Below, piece after piece: positions 25,301-31,029 of a DNA stretch of 31,029 bases (within the stretch, counting starts at the first letter, position 1; every line of letters begins with the position of its first letter). The notes beneath the pieces were generated by a model that ran no database searches, had not been told where the DNA came from, and saw only the letters and a program-made list of their open reading frames with translations. The position numbers were made by a program, and so were the translations under genes. This DNA comes from a virus (lineage: Duplodnaviria; Caudoviricetes). The stretch covers positions 1 through 31,029 of IMG/VR virus record IMGVR_UViG_3300017763_000108. The stretch is one strand, 5' to 3'.

Positions 25301-28300
25301 ATGGCTTTAGGCAAAAGATTAATAAATACAGGTGCGGTGGCTGCGGCGGCTTGTAGTACTGATTCGGTACAAGCATTTGGTGCAAATAATGCATTCAGTA
25401 GCAACATAGCTTTATATCAGCTTGATAGTGATGGAGGAACAACAAACAACGTACCTGACACCACGACAAACTACAACGGTACTGCGTCTAACGTAACCTA
25501 TGCTACTGGACAATTTGGTAATTCTGCGGTGTTTAATGGTAACAATAGCTATATAGACACAGGGGCAACTTTATTAGGTCAGACATATACTGTTTCTTTG
25601 TGGTTTAATGCTAATACAATTACATCAAGTTCTGATGGAGATGTTTTGTACGCACAATATAATTCAGGAGATGCAGGTAGGCATATTGTCAGTATATATA
25701 ACGGTAATTTAAGAATATTTGTAGGAGGTCAAACCGTGCAAACAATATCCACAACTTGGAGTACATCAACTTGGACACATTTAGTAGTTATTAAGGATTC
25801 AAGTGGTTATGAGGCTTTTGTTAATGGTTCTTCAATAGGAACATCTTCTTTAACTGCAAGTATTGATGTAACAGAAAACACTATGATAGGTGGCGATGAT
25901 GGGTTAGCTTCTTACAGTTTTGATGGCTCATTAGACCAAGTAAGAATCTTTGACAAAGCTATAAGTGCAGAAGATGTAGCAACGCTTTACGCTGAAACAT
26001 CATCAACCGCATCCAATACTAATCCATTTAGCGAAGGTGCAGGTGTAGCTTTATACACTATGGACTACGATGCTTCGGAAGCAAGTGGATATTACGATGG
26101 AGAAAGTACGAACGTTGACTTCGGAGTAGGAGGCAAGACAAACTATGGCGCAAGGTTTAATGGAAGTAGTAGTTATATAAATCTTGGTACAGGTTCAAGT
26201 GGATTATCAGGTTTATTAAACCAAAAGGTTTCACAATCCGTTTCTTTTTGGATGAATACTTCTTACACAGGGATTTCAGGTAATAGTATTATCTACAGTG
26301 TTTATGCGGGAGCTGGGATAAGTTTAAATGTTTATTATTTAACTAATGGTAAGCTATATTTTTTAACACGATATAGCAACAATTCTACGACATTTACTAC
26401 AACTCAAACTTTCAATGATAGTCAATGGCATCACGTTGCGGTTACGATAGATGTTCCTAATTTAGAAAGAAAGATATACATAGATAATTCATTAGTAAGT
26501 ACACAATCATTATCTTCTGCTTCTTATGGGGGAAGTGGTACTACGGGTGTGGCTTTAGGCACAAATGGTAATTTTAATACACAGTATTATAAAGGAGATT
26601 TAGACCAAGTAAGAATATTCTCTAAAGCGTTAAATCAAACAGAAGTAAATACTCTTTACAATAGTGGAGATGGAGAAACCGCTTGTGTATATGATTCCAC
26701 CACAGACGATAACTATTTTCCTTTAGCAGATGGTAGTAGTGATGCAGTCGCTTATTATAAATTAGACAATTCAACAGAGGACTCTGTAGGTACTAACGAC
26801 GGAACTGACACGAACATTGAGTATAGGTTTGGAAGATTTGGTCAAGCTGCGGTATTTAATAATAATAGTGCTATCACAACTTCTTTTAATATTGGCAGAA
26901 CTAATGATTTTACAATATCTTTTTGGATTAAGGATATTACTGATAGCAATTATGGTAGTTATGCTGATAAGTGGGTTATGGGGGTGTATAATGGCGATTA
27001 TATCCCAATTACTTATAATAAAACATCAAGTAAAGTTTCATATACTATTCACAACGGAACAACGCTTTTAGGCACCTTACAAACACCTGCTCTAGATGAT
27101 AATTGGCATCATATAGTTTTTACACAAGATATTAATGTAGAAACTAAATTGTATGTAGATGGTGTATTGCAAACTTCCGAAACAGTTTCACACACATCTA
27201 TGACTCAAAGAAGGGCAGTTTCAGGTGGTACTGGTTTTTACTTTGGTCAAAATCCATCAAACAGCTCTACTGATTTAAGATTAAAGGGGTCGGTAGACCA
27301 AGTACGCATCTATTCATCTGCCCTTACAAGTAGTCAAGTAGCAGACCTATACAACGAAAAGCCTGAAGTAGATACATCTAACTTTAAGACTGTATTGTAT
27401 GAGGGGAATGGTTCAACTAATTATATTTCTAATGTAGGGTTTGATTTAGATGTTGATAATGGTGGAGATGGCGGTTTAGTTTGGATAAAATCAAGAACTG
27501 CAGCTTATTATCACAGGGCATTTGATTCTGTAAGAGGTTTGTCCACAGATGGTGTTTTATATCCGAATACTACGGCTGATGCAGATAATTTGCCAACTGC
27601 TAATGATAATTTTACTTCATTTGATGCTAATGGTTTTACATTAGGAGCAACAAGCTCAACGGATAATGGAAGTAACAAGGACAATGTTGACTTTGTAGCT
27701 TGGGTATGGAAAGGCGGAGGCGATGCGGTTTCTAATACAAATGGAACAGGAATAACATCAAGTGTTAGTGCAAGTGATAAAGGTTTTAGTATTGTAAATT
27801 GGTCAGCGACTACTACAACTACCCATACAGTAGGACACGGATTAAATATAGATGGTGTTGCTACAAAACCTGAATTAATGATAATGAAAAATGCATCAAG
27901 CAGTTCTACAAATTGGTTTGTTTATACTGATATAATAGACGGAAGTATGGATTTTTTTTATTTAAATGACGATGCTGCAAAAGCCAATAGTTCGTTAAGC
28001 GTACCTAATACTACAACATTTCAACAAGGTAATTTAGGTGGAGTTAGCACAGGGAACAATTGTATTGCATATTGCTTTCATTCAGTTGAAGGATATAGTA
28101 AGATAGGGAGTTATAATGGCGGTACGTATGGAATACAACTACCAACAGGTTTTAAAGCATCTTGGATAATGATAAAGAAATATTCAAGTGGCACAGAACG
28201 TATATGGTATATATATGATACTAAAAGGGGTGGTGATTTAGAAAATGCATTATTTCCAAATCTTCCTAATGCTGAAGCAACAGGAACTAATTTTATAGAT

Positions 28301-28387
28301 TTTAACGATACTAACGTTGAGATTAACGCAACAGGAGATGGTGTTAATGGTTCAGGAAGTAGTTATATATATATGGCATTTAAATAA
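25301..28387 (+). CDS. tail fibre/receptor-binding protein with three LamG (concanavalin A-like) domains and a C-terminal beta domain
   Basis: Three repeats of FNG..SYI, SxW, W.H, G.LDQVRIF..AL...V..LY; C-terminal FKTVLY.GNG, LVWIKSR, DSVRG, VAW.WK, AYCFHSV.GYSKIGSY. Confidence 0.85.
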   Translation: MALGKRLINTGAVAAAACSTDSVQAFGANNAFSSNIALYQLDSDGGTTNNVPDTTTNYNGTASNVTYATGQFGNSAVFNGNNSYIDTGATLLGQTYTVSLWFNANTITSSSDGDVLYAQYNSGDAGRHIVSIYNGNLRIFVGGQTVQTISTTWSTSTWTHLVVIKDSSGYEAFVNGSSIGTSSLTASIDVTENTMIGGDDGLASYSFDGSLDQVRIFDKAISAEDVATLYAETSSTASNTNPFSEGAGVALYTMDYDASEASGYYDGESTNVDFGVGGKTNYGARFNGSSSYINLGTGSSGLSGLLNQKVSQSVSFWMNTSYTGISGNSIIYSVYAGAGISLNVYYLTNGKLYFLTRYSNNSTTFTTTQTFNDSQWHHVAVTIDVPNLERKIYIDNSLVSTQSLSSASYGGSGTTGVALGTNGNFNTQYYKGDLDQVRIFSKALNQTEVNTLYNSGDGETACVYDSTTDDNYFPLADGSSDAVAYYKLDNSTEDSVGTNDGTDTNIEYRFGRFGQAAVFNNNSAITTSFNIGRTNDFTISFWIKDITDSNYGSYADKWVMGVYNGDYIPITYNKTSSKVSYTIHNGTTLLGTLQTPALDDNWHHIVFTQDINVETKLYVDGVLQTSETVSHTSMTQRRAVSGGTGFYFGQNPSNSSTDLRLKGSVDQVRIYSSALTSSQVADLYNEKPEVDTSNFKTVLYEGNGSTNYISNVGFDLDVDNGGDGGLVWIKSRTAAYYHRAFDSVRGLSTDGVLYPNTTADADNLPTANDNFTSFDANGFTLGATSSTDNGSNKDNVDFVAWVWKGGGDAVSNTNGTGITSSVSASDKGFSIVNWSATTTTTHTVGHGLNIDGVATKPELMIMKNASSSSTNWFVYTDIIDGSMDFFYLNDDAAKANSSLSVPNTTTFQQGNLGGVSTGNNCIAYCFHSVEGYSKIGSYNGGTYGIQLPTGFKASWIMIKKYSSGTERIWYIYDTKRGGDLENALFPNLPNAEATGTNFIDFNDTNVEINATGDGVNGSGSSYIYMAFK

Positions 28388-28686
28388 TGAAGAAACTATT
28401 TTTTATACTACTTAGTACACTCACATTTGCCCAAGAGGATATATATGGGTTATGGGTTAGCCAAGATGGGGAGTATGTAACAATAAAAGAGAACAACACC
28501 TTTGAAAGGTTTACCAAAGAATCTACATTAGCAAAAGGCAATATAGAACTAATAGAAGAAGGTATGCGTATTATACGCAAAGACACCTTAGATAACTATC
28601 AGCTTTGCTACTATGTAGGAAATGAAACTATGGTAGTATGTAAACCAAGAGATGAAAAGGCTTGGTTGTTTTACAAAATAAGATAA
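28387..28686 (+). CDS. hypothetical exported protein (signal peptide)
   Basis: MKKLFFILLSTLTFA-QEDIYGLW; beta-rich mature part. Confidence 0.65.
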   Translation: MKKLFFILLSTLTFAQEDIYGLWVSQDGEYVTIKENNTFERFTKESTLAKGNIELIEEGMRIIRKDTLDNYQLCYYVGNETMVVCKPRDEKAWLFYKIR

Positions 28687-28838
28687 TGGAAGATTTGAAG
28701 ATATTTGGATTATACTTTGGCAATTTAATGGCATTAGCATTTAGCGTAAGTGAGGTAAACGAAGTACTAAAGATGCTTGTAATGTTAGCCACCTTAACCT
28801 TTACCGTTATACAAATTTATAGAGCAGTTAGAAAATGA
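28686..28838 (+). CDS. small membrane protein, holin-like (50 aa, not in ORF track)
   Basis: MEDLKIFGLYFGNLMALAFSVSEVNEVLKMLVMLATLTFTVIQIYRAVRK*; coupled at both ends. Confidence 0.65.
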   Translation: MEDLKIFGLYFGNLMALAFSVSEVNEVLKMLVMLATLTFTVIQIYRAVRK

Positions 28839-29194
28839 ATAGTAGAGAACGCAGAGAACTAAGGGGATACATAGGAAGTGGAGTAGTATTTTTATTTGTT
28901 ATCCTGCTTTTGATTTTCCTTTCTTATGTGGAGATACCACAAACCAATAACGATACCTTTAAGCTTATTACAGGTGCTTTAGTAGCTACTATCGGGGCGG
29001 CTATATATGTGTTTATCGGTAAAGACCCAAACGAACTTGTAGAGTTACAACGTAAAAATGATTCACTTGAAGCAAGGGTAGAGCAGTTAGTAGGTCAGAA
29101 AGATGCCTATGAGAATTTGATTATTAAAATGCAAGACGATACAATCGATAGATTGCTTTTAAATAAAGCGTTAGAACACGATGACAAATCTTAA
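28835..29194 (+). CDS. two-TM membrane protein with coiled-coil tail (lysis module)
   Basis: Two hydrophobic helices, then ELVELQRKNDSLEARVEQL. Confidence 0.65.
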   Translation: MNSRERRELRGYIGSGVVFLFVILLLIFLSYVEIPQTNNDTFKLITGALVATIGAAIYVFIGKDPNELVELQRKNDSLEARVEQLVGQKDAYENLIIKMQDDTIDRLLLNKALEHDDKS

Positions 29195-29561
29195 ATACTT
29201 TACACTTGAAGAATTTGCTTGCCCAACGCTTCCTAATAGCGGGGTTAATATGGATAGTGATTTCTTGCAAAAGCTGGACAACGCACGTAACATTGCAGGG
29301 ATTTCCTTTAAAATCAATAGTGGCTACAGAACACAAGAACACCACAACGCTATTTACAAAAAATTGGGAAAAGAACCAACTAAGTCTGCCCACCTTATCG
29401 GCAAAGCAGCAGATATACATTGCACAGACTCAAAAAGCAGATTCGTTATTATATCAGCGTTACTTGATGCAGGATTTACAAGGATTGGCATTGCCTCTAC
29501 CTTCATACATTGTGATACTGCCGAAAAAGGAAAAGCACAACAAGTTATTTGGACATACTAA
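29181..29561 (+). CDS. endolysin, peptidase M15A family
   Basis: YFTLEEFAC, INSGYRT..HN, SAHLIGKAADI, FIHCD (H-x6-D...H zinc ligands). Confidence 0.88.
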   Translation: MTNLKYFTLEEFACPTLPNSGVNMDSDFLQKLDNARNIAGISFKINSGYRTQEHHNAIYKKLGKEPTKSAHLIGKAADIHCTDSKSRFVIISALLDAGFTRIGIASTFIHCDTAEKGKAQQVIWTY

Positions 29562-29579
29562 TACAGTTGGTAGTACGCT

Positions 29580-29990
29580 ATGCCTAAAAAGAAATTTAAA
29601 GACACCGCAGTAGGTTCTTTCCTACTTCAAAAGATACCAAAGGTAGTTGGTGCAATAGCAGAAGATACACCGATAGGAAACGTCATAGAAGCGATTATAG
29701 GCGGTTCTGATATGTCAAGCGAGGACAAAGACCTTGCACTTGAAAAACTACGCTTAGAACGTGCCGAAATGGATGGTGTAACTCGTAGATGGGTTGCAGA
29801 TAGTAGAAGTGGATGGTTAGCACAGAATGTAAGACCGTTAACTTTAGCTTTCTTTTCTATTAGCTATGTAGTAGGTTGGTATATGGGATATAGTTTAGAT
29901 TCTATTACTGGACTTCTTAGTGTGGTCATAGGTGGATATTTTGGTAGCAGGGGTGTAGAGAAAGTAATGGGTAATAAACTTCATCAGTAA
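29580..29990 (+). CDS. holin (GTA-type 3TM family-like)
   Basis: RW.AD..SGWLAQNVRPLTL, VIGGYFGSRGVEK. Confidence 0.75.
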   Translation: MPKKKFKDTAVGSFLLQKIPKVVGAIAEDTPIGNVIEAIIGGSDMSSEDKDLALEKLRLERAEMDGVTRRWVADSRSGWLAQNVRPLTLAFFSISYVVGWYMGYSLDSITGLLSVVIGGYFGSRGVEKVMGNKLHQ

Positions 29991-30124
29991 TGGCAAAACA
30001 AATAACAGGAAACTACGAAAGAAAGCCTAAGAGAAAGCGTAAAGGCATACACGCTAAAAGCAAAACAAGTAGCCTAAAATCCAGTAAAATTTACAGTAAG
30101 AAATATAGAGGACAAGGTAAATGA
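29990..30124 (+). CDS. small highly basic protein (44 aa, not in ORF track)
   Basis: MAKQITGNYERKPKRKRKGIHAKSKTSSLKSSKIYSKKYRGQGK*; TAATG coupling. Confidence 0.65.
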   Translation: MAKQITGNYERKPKRKRKGIHAKSKTSSLKSSKIYSKKYRGQGK

Positions 30125-30147
30125 TTATAATTAGTTATAAACATCTA

Positions 30148-30178
30148 TTTACTTTGTAAAAAAAAACGTTTACCTTTG
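30148..30178 (+). promoter_or_regulatory. host-type promoter opening the early region
   Basis: TTTA(30148-30151)-N19-TACCTTTG(30171-30178). Confidence 0.65.
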
Positions 30179-30220
30179 GTGGGTAAGTGGGATATAATGT
30201 TAACCTATTTAATGAATACT

Positions 30221-30460
30221 ATGGAAGATACTACTATTAGACAATTAGCTGAAAAGATTGCTAAAGACTTTGCATTATCAGTAAGAGAACGTACTGACTT
30301 ACTTTTAGAACTTGATGCAAATCAATATACAAATCTTGGTTCTGATTCCTTAAAAACAGAAAAAAACAAAGTAAAATCTGATAGTAAGTATATTTACAAA
30401 AATATTAGGGGTATTGATGAAGTAACTGGTAAGATGTTGCTTAACCATATGGATGTATAG
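30221..30460 (+). CDS. hypothetical protein (start 30212 or 30221)
   Basis: MEDTTIRQLAEKI...LLELDANQYTNLG.DS; tracked TTG start falls inside the promoter. Confidence 0.65.
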   Translation: MEDTTIRQLAEKIAKDFALSVRERTDLLLELDANQYTNLGSDSLKTEKNKVKSDSKYIYKNIRGIDEVTGKMLLNHMDV

Positions 30461-30467
30461 AAAAACT

Positions 30468-30860
30468 ATGCCAAAAACTGCTAAAAAACCAACACGAAGT
30501 AAATTAGTAAAGAAGTTAGATGTGGTGTTTAGTCAGTATATAAGACTAAGTAGTGCGGATAGAAGGGGTATGTGTACTTGTGTTACTTGTGGAAAGCAGT
30601 ACCATTGGAAAAACATACAGGCAGGACATTTTATGAGTAGAAAACATTACTCTACAAGGTGGGATGAAGATAATGTATTTGCCCAGTGTGTAGGTTGTAA
30701 TATGTTTAAGCAGGGAGAACAATATAAATATTCTATTTTTCTTGGTTCGGAACTGTCAAATGACTTATATTTGAAAAGTAAAGAAATAGTTAAGTTTAGT
30801 AGTCAAGACTTGCAGGATATGATTGATGACTACCAAGCAAAACTAAAGACTTTCCAGTAA
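30468..30860 (+). CDS. ninG: NinG/Rap-like recombination endonuclease
   Basis: KLDVVFSQYIR, CVTCG, QAGHFMSR..YSTRWDEDN..QC..CN. Confidence 0.85.
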   Translation: MPKTAKKPTRSKLVKKLDVVFSQYIRLSSADRRGMCTCVTCGKQYHWKNIQAGHFMSRKHYSTRWDEDNVFAQCVGCNMFKQGEQYKYSIFLGSELSNDLYLKSKEIVKFSSQDLQDMIDDYQAKLKTFQ

Positions 30861-30885
30861 TTTTTGTTTTTATTGTTTTATTAAG

Positions 30886-30914
30886 AAGGGCAGCAGAAAT
30901 GTTGCCTTTTTTTT
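30886..30914 (+). terminator. intrinsic terminator
   Basis: AAGGGCAGCA-GAAA-TGTTGCC plus T8. Confidence 0.8.
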
Positions 30915-30943
30915 GTTTAAAATTTTTTTGTTATCTTAGCACT

Positions 30944-31029
30944 ATGGAACAATTTACAAAAGCAGAAATCTATGGCAAGGTCTTAGAACTGCAAGAAGAA
31001 AACGAACAACTTAAAAAACAGTTAAACAT
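30944..31029 (+). CDS. hypothetical protein, 3'-truncated
   Basis: MEQFTKAEIYGKVLELQEENEQLKKQLN open to window end; weak -7 box TATCTTAG at 30932. Confidence 0.55.
   Translation, partial: MEQFTKAEIYGKVLELQEENEQLKKQLN

Noticed and set aside
25301-28387. Diversity-generating retroelement target in the fibre gene
   Set aside because: No reverse transcriptase in the window and no template/variable repeat pair differing at adenines was seen
320-29420. All other minus-strand ORFs in the track
   Set aside because: Each lies opposite a well-supported + strand gene and has no recognisable motif; all promoters and terminators found point to the + strand
29206-29613. 135-aa alternate-frame ORF over the endolysin (possible embedded spanin)
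   Set aside because: TTG start, no convincing lipobox or Pro-rich o-spanin character; treated as a frame shadow
1-31029. tRNA, CRISPR array, integrase or IS element
   Set aside because: Intergenic gaps are short and explained by promoters and terminators; no cloverleaf, spaced repeats, recombinase or transposase motifs were seen

Overview
This window is most of the genome of an AT-rich tailed phage, probably a siphovirus. A Bacteroidota (Flavobacteriia-like) host is inferred from TTTG-N19-TAnnTTTG promoters and A-rich starts without Shine-Dalgarno sequences. All credible genes are on the + strand. Order: DnaB-like helicase (5'-truncated), ECF-type sigma factor, nucleases, ParB/DGQHR-like protein, N6/N4 DNA methyltransferase, stand-alone DnaA domain IV, minimal SET-domain protein, terminase, a small island with its own promoter, tail genes, tape measure, XkdF-like protease, probable decoration proteins, scaffold, major capsid, major tail, portal, adaptor, LamG tail fibre, lysis genes and NinG. 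The strongest non-gene signal is a bipartite motif (WWACAWA-N13-TATTR, ACA-to-TATT offset exactly 18 nt) found six times, each before a late operon. In three copies the ATG lies exactly 12 nt after the start of TATT, suggesting a phage-sigma-driven late programme with leaderless mRNAs. Also seen: a probable -1 frameshift with about 175 nt of dual coding, an orphan 16-codon copy of a tail-protein N-terminus, a Cys-bracketed 78-aa repeat shared by two distant genes, and strong GATC depletion. Product calls come from motif recognition by eye; no database search was run.
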